From contig JBHLLU010000042.1 of NCBI GenBank assembly GCA_048938895.1, positions 1 to 36,050 of the forward strand: a stretch of 36,050 bases of DNA. The letters are read 5' to 3'. The stretch is from Promethearchaeota archaeon (GTDB lineage Archaea > Asgardarchaeota > Lokiarchaeia > Sigyniarchaeales > SOKP01). Below are positions 9,029 through 18,866 of this stretch, one piece after another (the stretch's first letter is position 1; each line of letters starts with the position of its first letter). The position numbers were made by a program, and so were the translations under genes. A model generated the notes under the pieces. It was not told where the DNA came from and searched no databases. It saw nothing but the letters and a program-made list of their open reading frames with translations.

Positions 9029-9433
9029 ATGAGTGAAGAATGGCAACACGCATCATGGGTATCATTTCTTGGGATGATAGCTTGGATAGTAGGAATAGTA
9101 AGTGGTGTTGTTTCTATAATTGTAGGAATAGTAAGAGCAGCTTTATTCGTTTTTACTTGGGGAAGTCCTATCTGGTTGATTATTAGTGGAATTATAGCAA
9201 TTTTGATATCCTTCTTTATTATCTTTCCTCAGTTCTCGATTAAATGTCAAAAAAAAGATTGGGATTCTCTTCTTGATTGGGTATTACCTATAGGAGATAT
9301 TCGAATCCCTTGGATGCTTTTATGGGGAGTTATCCTTGAAATATTCACATGGTGGGGAGGATTATTTGTAATAGTTCCTTCGCTAGTTTTGCTCTTTGCA
9401 GGTCCAAGGGAATATAAGTGGAAAAAGGAATAA
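9029..9433 (+). CDS. Small membrane protein (3-4 TM, Trp-rich)
   Basis: Hydrophobic segments, GAGGG RBS-like element upstream, T-tract downstream. Confidence 0.75.
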   Translation: MSEEWQHASWVSFLGMIAWIVGIVSGVVSIIVGIVRAALFVFTWGSPIWLIISGIIAILISFFIIFPQFSIKCQKKDWDSLLDWVLPIGDIRIPWMLLWGVILEIFTWWGGLFVIVPSLVLLFAGPREYKWKKE

Positions 9434-9447
9434 TTCTAATTTTAAAC

Positions 9448-9460
9448 TTCTTTTTTTTAT
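9448..9460 (+). terminator. T-rich archaeal-type terminator after 9029-9433
   Basis: TTCTTTTTTTTAT about 15 nt downstream of the stop codon. Confidence 0.4.
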
Positions 9461-9572
9461 CCTATTTTTAATCACTGAAATAATAATTCTTCAGTCCTTA
9501 AGGGTATTTAAATAATGTATATTTTTTGATGAATGATATTTTTTTTAAAGTAATTTTAGAAGAACTATAAAA

Positions 9573-9977
9573 ATGTATGATAGTCTTAAGATTCATGATA
9601 ATAAAATTTATACTGGAATGAAAGTTGGGAACTCTCATTCTTGGACTTATAATAATGGGAAATGGTTTGAAACCAAAATAACTCCTGATAAATGGATTAT
9701 TTCATTTGATAGTCTAAAAACAAGACTAACACCTGCTCCTGAAAAGAGCGGAGTTAGAAGAAAAACAAGATTTCATTGGTATATAATTGCAGATCAAATT
9801 GCTACTAAAATTAATGAAAATTCATATATGACTTCTATGAAAGGTGTCAAGTATAAAATAGGACATAAACGTCCAGATTGGCGTACTTTTAGCTATAACT
9901 ATCCAAATCAGTTAAGTTATAAAGAACTGATAATAAAAATCTTAGAAGATACACTTCAAAAGCTTAAAAATCCTTAA
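9573..9977 (+). CDS. Conserved-looking hypothetical protein (YTGMKVG..H.W.Y..G.W.ETK.TPDKW)
   Basis: 134-aa aromatic/basic ORF whose stop overlaps the convergent ORF at TTAA 9974-9977. Function not recognised. Confidence 0.75.
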   Translation: MYDSLKIHDNKIYTGMKVGNSHSWTYNNGKWFETKITPDKWIISFDSLKTRLTPAPEKSGVRRKTRFHWYIIADQIATKINENSYMTSMKGVKYKIGHKRPDWRTFSYNYPNQLSYKELIIKILEDTLQKLKNP

Positions 9978-10171
9978 TAATAAGAAAAATCCTCTATATC
10001 ATCATAAGGTTGATATTTAAACTTGAAAATATAACAACGACAACAATAGAATTCGATATATCTGCTTTCCCACAGATTAGATAATTCTTCTATTTCATTC
10101 GGACTAATATTTTTTATAAAACTCTCAAAATCCAGAACTTTTCCACATTTAAAACATTTTCGTTCTCTCAT
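9974..10171 (-). CDS. Small zinc-finger protein, RKCxxCGK...LW...YCxxC family
   Basis: CFKC and CCRC knuckles. Paralogous pattern to 27364-27588. Confidence 0.8.
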   Translation of the reverse strand: MRERKCFKCGKVLDFESFIKNISPNEIEELSNLWESRYIEFYCCRCYIFKFKYQPYDDIEDFSYY

Positions 10172-10211
10172 TTTAACAAAACCTTAAAAAGAAAATAAAA
10201 AAGGATAAGTA

Positions 10212-10727
10212 TTAAAATTTTTCATAATGCACTATTTTTTTTAAAGGTTTACGTTCTGTTATCTCTCCTTTAGCTTTTACAGGATAACCCAAAGGTGTAA
10301 TTCCCATAACTTTATACTCATCAGGGATATTCAATATTTCCTTTACCTTTGGTTCCTTAAACCATCCAATCCAACATGTTGCTAAACCTTCAGCTGTCGC
10401 AGCTAATATCAAATGCTCAAAACAGATCCCAAAATCAACTCCATAATATTTCTCACCGTTAGAATTAGCACCAGAACCTCTTTCTGATATTGCTCCAACC
10501 ACGAACATGGGAGCTTTCGCAAATTTTTCTCCTTGCCCTATTGCTTGCCAAACTGCCTTAACATTTTCAGGTTCTTTAACTACGATATAAAGTACACCCT
10601 GCATATTTGCCCAAGTAGGTGCTAGCCTTCCAGATTCCAAAATTCTCTCAATCTTTTCATCTTCAGGCATATCTGGTTTAAAAACCCGATAACTTCTCCT
10701 CATTTTAACAACTTCATAAAAATCCAT
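10212..10727 (-). CDS. Nitroreductase family protein
   Basis: RRSYR, LAPTWANMQ, LAATAEGLATCWIG and PLGYP motifs. Confidence 0.93.
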   Translation of the reverse strand: MDFYEVVKMRRSYRVFKPDMPEDEKIERILESGRLAPTWANMQGVLYIVVKEPENVKAVWQAIGQGEKFAKAPMFVVGAISERGSGANSNGEKYYGVDFGICFEHLILAATAEGLATCWIGWFKEPKVKEILNIPDEYKVMGITPLGYPVKAKGEITERKPLKKIVHYEKF

Positions 10728-10803
10728 AATAATTCCACCTAAAAAAATGTTTTATATATGAAAATTATTAAAAAATTTTAATTTTATTATACTAATCCAT
10801 CAA

Positions 10804-11025
10804 TTAATCATCGATAATTCTTTTATGGCCTTTTGGGCATTCATCATTGGTACAATCATAAAACCCATCATCATATTCCTCTTTTGCATTATAATGCTCC
10901 CAACAATAAATATTATCACATTCAGGACAGTAGGCATCCACCCCTTCAAGTGAATAGTAGCAGCACTCTGCTATTTCTTCGAGATTTTGCACATACTCAC
11001 GAAGGTTCCATACTTTTTCTAACAT
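10804..11025 (-). CDS. Small Cys/His-rich hypothetical protein, possibly a truncated fragment
   Basis: YCPECDNIYCWEH...YDCTNDECPKGH potential metal ligands. Confidence 0.55.
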   Translation of the reverse strand: MLEKVWNLREYVQNLEEIAECCYYSLEGVDAYCPECDNIYCWEHYNAKEEYDDGFYDCTNDECPKGHKRIIDD

Positions 11026-11177
11026 TTTCTAATTTATACTTCTTAATTTGATTTTGTAGGCTTAGGATTTACATAATCCACACTTTTATCCCCATGAATA
11101 AATTCTGTTAGGCATTAATAAATTTATTTACATTTTCAATTAATATAAATAAATCAAACCTTAACCAATACGATTTT

Positions 11178-12137
11178 ATGTCATTAAATTTAGAAGGAAT
11201 AAGAAAAGCATATCAAAAGATTAGAGAATTTGTGAGAAAAACTCCACTTATTTATTCATCTTATTTAAGTGAATTATGTGATGGTAATATCTATTTAAAG
11301 CTAGAAAACCTACAGCTCACTAATGCTTTTAAAATCCGTGGAGCTTTAAACCGAATGCTAAACCTAAGTACAAAACAAAGAACTCAAGGAATTATAACAG
11401 CATCCTCAGGCAATCATGCTCAAGGAATTGCGTTAGCGTCAAGATATTTGAAAATACCTGCTAAAATTGTAATCCCAAAGAATATTTCAGAAGTCAAGTT
11501 AAATAGGATTAAACAATACGATGTTATTATTATTCAAGAGGGAGATTTTGATGAAATTGAATCAAAAGCTAGAGCGATATCTTCACAAGAGGGAATAACA
11601 TATATCAGTCCATATAACGATCTTAACATTATTGAAGGACAAGGAACAATTGCTCTTGAAATTTATGAGGAACTTGAAGATGTTGATATGATTATTGTTC
11701 CTATTGGAGGAGGTGGCTTAATCTCTGGGATTGCATTTACTATTAAAGAATTAAATCCTGACGTTAAAATTGTTGGAGTTCAAACTAAAGGTGCTTCTAC
11801 GATGTACGAATCTTGGAAAGCTGGCAAAATTATAAGAATTGAAGAATTTGATACGATCGCAGAAGGATTATTAGGAGGACTTGAACCTGATTCTATTACT
11901 TTTGAAATTATAAAAAATAACGTTGATGAAATTGTTTTGGTTAAGGAAGAAAGCGTTGAGAAAGCAATTAAGATCTTATGGGAAGTCGAAGGTCAAATTG
12001 TTGAAGGTGCAGGAGCCACAGTTGTTGCTTTTTTACTTGAGAAGGGACAAAAATTAAAGAACAAAAATATCGTTGCGGTGATTAGTGGTGGAAATATCAA
12101 CGAATCACTATTTAAAAAAGTCTTAGCTAATGGCTAA
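11178..12137 (+). CDS. Threonine/serine dehydratase (PLP fold II, no regulatory ACT domain)
   Basis: LKLENLQ..AFKIRGA (PLP Lys), ASSGNHAQG, PIGGGGLISG and ISGGN motifs. Confidence 0.92.
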   Translation: MSLNLEGIRKAYQKIREFVRKTPLIYSSYLSELCDGNIYLKLENLQLTNAFKIRGALNRMLNLSTKQRTQGIITASSGNHAQGIALASRYLKIPAKIVIPKNISEVKLNRIKQYDVIIIQEGDFDEIESKARAISSQEGITYISPYNDLNIIEGQGTIALEIYEELEDVDMIIVPIGGGGLISGIAFTIKELNPDVKIVGVQTKGASTMYESWKAGKIIRIEEFDTIAEGLLGGLEPDSITFEIIKNNVDEIVLVKEESVEKAIKILWEVEGQIVEGAGATVVAFLLEKGQKLKNKNIVAVISGGNINESLFKKVLANG

Positions 12138-12173
12138 CTTAAAAAAATAAAAAAAAAAATATGAACTTTAAAC

Positions 12174-12677
12174 CTAATTAATATATTTCGCTATTTCTTC
12201 TAACGATTTTCGAGGTCTTGGCTCTGGGATTTCTCCCTTTGGATATCCTAATGGAAGAATTGTTAATAAATCATCGGATTCTTTAAGATTTAATAGCTCT
12301 TTTACATTATCTCTATTTATTCTCCCAATCCAGCATGTTCCAATACCATATGACCATGCAGCTAAGGCTAGTTGCAAAGAAACGAAACATGTATCATGAA
12401 GATACCAATTTGGTGAAAAATCCTTATCTCCAACTATTGCTATCAATACCGGAGCTTCTGACGCAAAAGGACCTGTAGTGCATTCTTTCGCTATAGTTTT
12501 GATTAAATCTTTATTTCTTATAACATAAAACGTCCATGGTTGTCTGTTTCTAGCACTCATACACCATCTAGTAGCCTCAAGAATTTTAGTTAAAATTTCA
12601 TCATCTATCGGTTTTGATTTGTAACTTCTGATACTTCTTCTTCCTTTCAATAATTTGATCTGCTCATTTTCAACCAT
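12174..12677 (-). CDS. Nitroreductase family protein
   Basis: RRSIR, SARNRQPW, GIGTCWIG and LGYP motifs. Confidence 0.93.
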   Translation of the reverse strand: MVENEQIKLLKGRRSIRSYKSKPIDDEILTKILEATRWCMSARNRQPWTFYVIRNKDLIKTIAKECTTGPFASEAPVLIAIVGDKDFSPNWYLHDTCFVSLQLALAAWSYGIGTCWIGRINRDNVKELLNLKESDDLLTILPLGYPKGEIPEPRPRKSLEEIAKYIN

Positions 12678-12737
12678 TTTTAAAAACTCATGTATTTTTA
12701 ATTGAACTTAACAATCTAAATTAATATAAGATTTTTA

Positions 12738-13301
12738 TTAATCATTGTCAACTTCTTTTGATATAATTCTTTTCCCTAATTGATAATAATTAAAATCTCC
12801 CCCAGTTACCCAAATAAGTGGATGAATATTTCTCCAATCTAATTTGTCATCTCTTAAATATTGAGGATCTGCATATGATTTAATGACTTTACCAATAATC
12901 CCCTCATTAGGATCATAGTCAAGTATTTGAGAAACTTCACACTCTATATTTACAGGACATTCAGCAATCATAGGTGCGGTTTGAAGTTCTCCATAGAATG
13001 TATTGAAAAGTGAAGATTTATCAAAATCTCGACCAGATTTACTCCCACAGATATCAGTTTGAGACAGGAGGTCTTCGTTTGGTATATTAACACTAAATGT
13101 CATATTTTCATGAATTCCAATATTTGAATAGCGATTTTTATACATACTTAAGAAAATATATCTTCCAAAATCAAAAGGACATATATAACCAATGACCAGA
13201 TAATTTGGTTTTTTGTTAACTTGTACACCTACCAAAACTACTGGCAAAGGACTTAGTAGATTTCCTTCATATTTCCTTTTATTTAAATTATTACCATCCA
13301 T
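12738..13301 (-). CDS. Flavin reductase family protein (flavoredoxin-like)
   Basis: PLPVVLVG, FSVNIP, CGSKSGRDFDKS and APMIAECPVNIEC motifs. Confidence 0.9.
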   Translation of the reverse strand: MDGNNLNKRKYEGNLLSPLPVVLVGVQVNKKPNYLVIGYICPFDFGRYIFLSMYKNRYSNIGIHENMTFSVNIPNEDLLSQTDICGSKSGRDFDKSSLFNTFYGELQTAPMIAECPVNIECEVSQILDYDPNEGIIGKVIKSYADPQYLRDDKLDWRNIHPLIWVTGGDFNYYQLGKRIISKEVDND

Positions 13302-13386
13302 TTAAAATCAACTTAAAGTTGGAGTTTACTATTAAACAACGATATGAGTATGAATAAAAAGGTATTGGAAATTTTTAGGACGTGTC

Positions 13387-13527
13387 TTACTTAATTGATT
13401 CTTCAGCTATAATCTTAATATAATCTGAAGGTTCTTCTTCATTCTCATCCAATGGAATTTTATGAAGATGGCCATGGTAGATTATGAATTTATACTTTTT
13501 TTCTTTGAAAAGCACCTTTTCTGGCAT
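13387..13527 (-). CDS. Putative 46-aa small protein with HGHLH motif (MPEKVLFKEKKYKFIIYHGHLHKIPLDENEEEPSDYIKIIAEESIK)
   Basis: Manual translation, ATG to TAA. Fills the gap between two minus-strand genes in the same orientation. Confidence 0.55.
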   Translation of the reverse strand: MPEKVLFKEKKYKFIIYHGHLHKIPLDENEEEPSDYIKIIAEESIK

Positions 13528-13577
13528 ACGAAAATAAATTATTTGGATTTTTAAAAATATGAATAGTCACTCAATTT

Positions 13578-14741
13578 TCAAATTAGTCGTATTTTTAATC
13601 GTTCTATTGCATCTTTTAATGTTTCTAATTTTTGCGAAATTGAGAATCTTACGTAATTGGATCCTGGATTTTCAACATCATTTCCACTATAGAAACTAGA
13701 TCCCGGAACCACCGCGACACCCTCATCTTTAACCAGGAAATCAGAAAACTCTAAATCATCCATTCCAAACTGAGAAATATCAGCAAACATGTAATATGCC
13801 CCATTTGGTTTAAAAACCTTCATTCCTAACTTAGTAAGTTCATGATAAAAAAAATCTCTGTTTATTTGATATCTACTCCTAAGTTCATTGAAATATGAAG
13901 CATCCAGATTAAATGCATTTAAAGCAGCTAGTTGTAATAATGAAGGGGCACAAACAGTAAGATAATCATGTACTTTTCTGATTCCATCCATTAACTTTTT
14001 ACATGCTGCCACGTAGCCAATTCTCCATCCAGTAACTGAAAAAGTTTTACTAAATCCGCTTATGGTGATGGTTAATTCCTGCATCGAATCCAAACTGCCA
14101 ATACTCTGATGTTCAAGACCATCAAATAAAATATATTCATATATTTCATCAGTAATGACAATTATGTTGTGATCACTACATAGATCGGAAATAAGACTTA
14201 AATTTTTCATACTAAAGACTTTTCCAGTCGGATTGTGAGGTGAATTTAATAAAACAGCTTTAGTCTTTTTATTTATACTATTTTTAAAATGTTCTTCATC
14301 AATATCATAAGAATTTTGAGCCAATGAGACGAATCTGGGCTTACCTTGAGCAAGATATGTTATGGGGACATAATTCTCATACCAAGGTTCGAAGATTATG
14401 ATTTCGTCTTTAGGATTCGTTAAGGCAAGTATACTTGAAGCAATTGCTTCGCTAGCACCACAAGTTATTGTTATTTCATCGTGAGGATCAACTATTATTT
14501 TATTATATTTTCTAAGTTTATTGGCAATTTCTTCTCTTAGATCAACACGACCATAAGTTATTGAATATTGATGTTCTTCTTCTTCTATCCCCTTTTTTAT
14601 CCCCTCTATCAACTTTAATGGGGGAGAGAAATCTGGCATTCCCTGAGAAAGGTTAATCGCATTATTCTCTATAGCCTTTCTCGTCATTTCTCTAATTAGA
14701 GATTCTTGAAAATATTCCAATCTATTTGATAAGACTTTCAA
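13578..14741 (-). CDS. PLP-dependent aminotransferase class I/II (methionine/kynurenine aminotransferase-like)
   Basis: INLSQGMPDF, NSPHNPTGKV, TDEIYE and SGFSKTFSVTGWRIG motifs. TTG start. Confidence 0.93.
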   Translation of the reverse strand: MKVLSNRLEYFQESLIREMTRKAIENNAINLSQGMPDFSPPLKLIEGIKKGIEEEEHQYSITYGRVDLREEIANKLRKYNKIIVDPHDEITITCGASEAIASSILALTNPKDEIIIFEPWYENYVPITYLAQGKPRFVSLAQNSYDIDEEHFKNSINKKTKAVLLNSPHNPTGKVFSMKNLSLISDLCSDHNIIVITDEIYEYILFDGLEHQSIGSLDSMQELTITISGFSKTFSVTGWRIGYVAACKKLMDGIRKVHDYLTVCAPSLLQLAALNAFNLDASYFNELRSRYQINRDFFYHELTKLGMKVFKPNGAYYMFADISQFGMDDLEFSDFLVKDEGVAVVPGSSFYSGNDVENPGSNYVRFSISQKLETLKDAIERLKIRLI

Positions 14742-14857
14742 CGAAATTTTTCATCTCACTAATCAAATACTAATAATTACTCAAATTAAAAGATAAATTA
14801 AATATCTTAAGATCATAAAGTTTTATCATACAAAATTAATAGGAAATACTTATAAAA

Positions 14858-16024
14858 ATGGAGCTTAATGAGCTTAAAGAAAAAATAAAAGAAATAATTC
14901 TCGATGAAGGAGCAAAACTAGTTGGGGTAGGTAGTCAAGAACGGTTGAAAGATGCACCTGCGTCTGCTAATATGGATTTTTGCTTACCCGGAGCTCAGAG
15001 TTGCATAATATGGGCATATCCAAATCCAATTGAAGCTCTAGAGAATTTTTTCTCTAAAAAAGAAAGGATGAGTATTAAAAAAGCCCAACAAGTAGGGTAT
15101 TCAGGTTCATGGAGAACTGCTGTACTTGTTTCAAGATTCATTGAAAGTAATACAGATTATAAAGCTTTTCCAGTGATCCCAAACGCTAAATATAGGAAAA
15201 GGGAAGAATTACCCGAATATATAAAAGGAGATATTAGATATCCCGATTTTTCTCTCAGGTATGGCGCTGTTGCAGCTGGATTGGGGCACTTAGGATGGTC
15301 TGGTAATTTAGTAACCAAAAAATATGGAGGTTCACTTTACTTAGGAGGAGTCTTAACTACTGCACCTCTTAAACCTGATCCTATGGCTAAAGAAAACTAT
15401 TGTAATAGGTGTAAAATATGCACTAAGGTTTGTACAACGGGATATTTTTCACCAGATGAGGAAGAGGATTTGGAACCAGTGATAATTAGCGGTTATAAGG
15501 AAACTTATGCTAAAAGAGGTACATTTTCACAGTGTGGCATTGGTTGTGCTGGTTGGTATGGTCTTTCTGAAGATGGATCTTGGAGCACGTGGACACCAGG
15601 TCATATTTGTTTGAAAGATTTTTCACAAGAGGAATGGTCAGATCGCGATTTCCGGAGAGATTTATTTATGAAAATTCTCTCAGATAGGGATATGCCTGAC
15701 ATTATTCGAAAATTTAATCAAACTATCGCAAAATCTTTTGCAAATGCAGGAGTTCTTGAAAATGTTGGACTTCGTGCATTTTCTGACACAAATCCTAGAT
15801 GCGGTAACTGTAATTTCATTTGTGTTGCTGATCCAAAAAAGAGAAAAGAACTTTACACTATGCTTATTACCTCTGGAAAAGTATATATTGACCAGATGGG
15901 GAGAGAGTACGTAAAAAAATTAGATAAAAATGGGAAAGAAATTACTTACTATCCTCCTTCTGAAGAAGAGTTCTTCTCACAGGAAGAATTTGCTAAATTA
16001 GACAAAATTAGAAAAATGGATTAA
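14858..16024 (+). CDS. Epoxyqueuosine reductase / reductive dehalogenase-like iron-sulfur (probably cobamide-binding) protein
   Basis: AVAAGLGHLGWSGNLVT..YG...YLGGVLTTAPL followed by CNRCKICTKVC, then later CGIGC and CGNCNFIC. Confidence 0.8.
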   Translation: MELNELKEKIKEIILDEGAKLVGVGSQERLKDAPASANMDFCLPGAQSCIIWAYPNPIEALENFFSKKERMSIKKAQQVGYSGSWRTAVLVSRFIESNTDYKAFPVIPNAKYRKREELPEYIKGDIRYPDFSLRYGAVAAGLGHLGWSGNLVTKKYGGSLYLGGVLTTAPLKPDPMAKENYCNRCKICTKVCTTGYFSPDEEEDLEPVIISGYKETYAKRGTFSQCGIGCAGWYGLSEDGSWSTWTPGHICLKDFSQEEWSDRDFRRDLFMKILSDRDMPDIIRKFNQTIAKSFANAGVLENVGLRAFSDTNPRCGNCNFICVADPKKRKELYTMLITSGKVYIDQMGREYVKKLDKNGKEITYYPPSEEEFFSQEEFAKLDKIRKMD

Positions 16025-16027
16025 GGC

Positions 16028-16597
16028 TTATTCCTTTTCTAAAGATTTACCAACTTTATATGCTTGAGCTAATTTATCTCCAACATTCCAATAAAAGCCG
16101 TCGTTATGGTAGACAAAAGGATTGATCTTTTCAATATCAGGAATATTTTTTAATAAGAATTCTTCGTGAACATATGTTTCCATAATTTCTCCAATAAATA
16201 AATAGTGCGTGTCTCCGAAATCAACAGTCTTAACTAATTTACATGCATGTGCAATTGGAGCCTCTTTAATTAAGGGAGCAGATTTTACTTCTTCCCCATA
16301 AAATATATCGAAAACTTTTGATTTATCAGTTTTAGCACCAGATATTATTCCCACAAAATCTGTTTTAGCTACCATCTTACTTGAAGGAATATTTACACTA
16401 AAACTCTGATTTTCAATAATTCCTTTATTTGTATAATGAGTTTTACCACTACTTACAACAAATCTCGGTATCTGATATCCTGTGGTTGATATATCAGCAA
16501 TTGTAAGAAAATTAGGTTTATTATCCACTAAAGCACCCACAATTGCTACAGATTTAGGTAATAAGTAAGGAAATCTTTTAATTCTCTTTAAAGTCAA
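16028..16597 (-). CDS. Flavin reductase family protein (flavoredoxin-like)
   Basis: KPNFLT, HYTNKGI, FSVNIPS, GIISG..TDKS and THYLFIGEI motifs. Confidence 0.9.
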   Translation of the reverse strand: MTLKRIKRFPYLLPKSVAIVGALVDNKPNFLTIADISTTGYQIPRFVVSSGKTHYTNKGIIENQSFSVNIPSSKMVAKTDFVGIISGAKTDKSKVFDIFYGEEVKSAPLIKEAPIAHACKLVKTVDFGDTHYLFIGEIMETYVHEEFLLKNIPDIEKINPFVYHNDGFYWNVGDKLAQAYKVGKSLEKE

Positions 16598-16696
16598 TTT
16601 TTCTCACGTAATTGCTTAATTTAGTCAAAAAATATATCATATAATTTAAACTTGAGATTAACACCTTATATAGGATAAAAAATAAAAAAATATTTA

Positions 16697-17992
16697 TTAA
16701 CGAGTAGGTGGTTTGAGTAAGTAAGCTAAGACGGCAGCTCCAACTGACATCAAACCTAAAACTATGAAAAGTACTAGATAACTCCCAAATACAGAGATAA
16801 AAGTATTTACCATCGTCGCACCCATAAATCCTGCGATACCATAGGCAGTAAAAATAACACCATAATTAGGGCCTAAATTTTTGGAACCAAATAGGTCAAC
16901 AGTAGCAGTGGGAAACAAGCTAAAATTTCCACCAAAACAGAAAAATATTGCACATGTCAAAATAAGGAAGTATATCTCATTCACATTCGTTGTAAAGTAA
17001 ATGAATAAAAGAATTGCTTGTGTAGTGAACATTAACAGCATTGCTCTTTTATAGGTAATGACATCTGCCATTTTACCCCACAATATTCTTCCTAATCCAT
17101 TAAAAAGTGCTGCAAGACTGCCAATCAACACAAAATCAACAGTTCCAATATTATATATAAATGAGTCACTGGCATCTTTCGCTTGAGCAAAAGCGGAGAA
17201 TGAACCTATCACCATTAAACCAGAAATTGCACTTAATAGAAATGTTGCCCACAACATCCAAAACTGGGGTAATTTTATTGCTTGAATACGTTCAAATTCT
17301 AATCCTGAAATCCCACTTTCTTCAGAAGGAGGAGGAGGAACCCAACCTTCAGGTTTCCAACCTTCAGGAGGATTACTCAGTGTAAACGCTCCACCAATGA
17401 TTAATACTAAATAAATAATCCCAAGCACGATAAACATTAGGGGTATATTTTGAGATACTGTAGAAACAAAATTAATATCATCAGGTTCTAAGTTTTTAGG
17501 ATTTGCTAATGCTTTTATTACATAATTAAAAATAAAAGAACCTGCCCCAAAACCTGCAACAGCTAATCCATTTATAAATCCTTTTTTATCTGGAAACCAC
17601 TTACTTGCGGAAGCTATAGGGCATACATAACCAAATCCAATTCCTGCCCCAAATATAATACCATAAGTAATTAATAATCCAATGAAACTAGTCATAAACG
17701 CAGAAAGTATAACACCACTTCCCATTAAAATTCCTCCAAGAATTGCGATATTCTTTGGTCCATACTTCTGTTGCAATTTCCCTGCAAATATCATTGTTAT
17801 AGCAAAAACTAATAACCCTATACCGAATATAAAGACAGTTATTTCTTTAATTTCGGCTAAATAGGGACTTATAAATACTGTAAGAGTTCCCCATGAATAA
17901 ATCGTCCCTAAGGCTAATTGAATCATTATAGCTCCGATAACGACAATCCACCGATTTCTTACTTTTTGTAACTCTGACATTTTTCGCATCAT
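16697..17992 (-). CDS. MFS transporter, OFA (oxalate/formate antiporter) family
   Basis: About 12 TM segments. NRW..VIGA..QLALGTIYSW, KWFPDKKG...GLAVAGFGAG, NGLGRI.WG and FG.KN.GPNYG motifs. Confidence 0.92.
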   Translation of the reverse strand: MMRKMSELQKVRNRWIVVIGAIMIQLALGTIYSWGTLTVFISPYLAEIKEITVFIFGIGLLVFAITMIFAGKLQQKYGPKNIAILGGILMGSGVILSAFMTSFIGLLITYGIIFGAGIGFGYVCPIASASKWFPDKKGFINGLAVAGFGAGSFIFNYVIKALANPKNLEPDDINFVSTVSQNIPLMFIVLGIIYLVLIIGGAFTLSNPPEGWKPEGWVPPPPSEESGISGLEFERIQAIKLPQFWMLWATFLLSAISGLMVIGSFSAFAQAKDASDSFIYNIGTVDFVLIGSLAALFNGLGRILWGKMADVITYKRAMLLMFTTQAILLFIYFTTNVNEIYFLILTCAIFFCFGGNFSLFPTATVDLFGSKNLGPNYGVIFTAYGIAGFMGATMVNTFISVFGSYLVLFIVLGLMSVGAAVLAYLLKPPTR

Positions 17993-18130
17993 TTAGAAAT
18001 ATTCTATTCATGAGAGTAATTTGAGGGATAAAAATTTTGTATTAATAGTTTAAAAATAATCCTAAACTAATTCATTATAATTTAATCCAATTTTTACTTG
18101 GTATATATAAAAAAAAGGATACTATTGATA

Positions 18131-18766
18131 ATGGCTGTATACTTCTATTTCTTTGAATATAGATTACTCTTCATAATTTCTACTATCCTATGGATCACTC
18201 TTAGCTGTTTTTTAGTTGTAGGATCTCGTTTTTTAAAAAAAGATCCGAATGAGTTAAGATTTTTAGAAGGTTTAAACATCGCAGGATATATACTAATAGT
18301 ATGGTTTATTGTAAATTTCTTCTTACCAACTGGGATAGGAATATCTTCATCAACAATTTTAGAAGAACTTTTATGGCTTCTAATTCCCATAATGCTATAT
18401 GATGTACTTCCTAACTTAATATTTATAACTTTAGGAATTTTATTATTAACTTTCTTTAAAAAAAATAAACATTTATTCAAAAATTTATTAGTAAACGTCT
18501 CTGTTCTCTTTATAGGGGGTTATGGTCTAAGATTAATAAATTTTGTAATACTGCGATTTACTGCATACTTTGATTTTAATTTATATTTGGATTACAGAGA
18601 GTTATTTGTAGCCATGGATATAATATCTTTAATCGCTCGACTGAGTGCTGTATTGATTTTTCTATTATTTTTTCTTTATATAAATAACAGCTATATTATA
18701 GTTTTTAGTTGTCTTTTTTTTGTACAGTTGTTTTCTAATCTAATCGTTATTCTTCCTAATATATAA
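18131..18766 (+). CDS. Multi-pass membrane protein of unknown function
   Basis: About 6 hydrophobic helices. ATG 18131 is preferred over TTG 18098. Confidence 0.65.
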   Translation: MAVYFYFFEYRLLFIISTILWITLSCFLVVGSRFLKKDPNELRFLEGLNIAGYILIVWFIVNFFLPTGIGISSSTILEELLWLLIPIMLYDVLPNLIFITLGILLLTFFKKNKHLFKNLLVNVSVLFIGGYGLRLINFVILRFTAYFDFNLYLDYRELFVAMDIISLIARLSAVLIFLLFFLYINNSYIIVFSCLFFVQLFSNLIVILPNI

Positions 18767-18866
18767 TAAAAAATATTTCAGGTGGTTAAAAATAGAAAAA
18801 ATAAGTAATGATAAATTCTTTGTTTTTCCATTATTAGGAGGTATTCTCTGTGTTATAGCATTTTTT

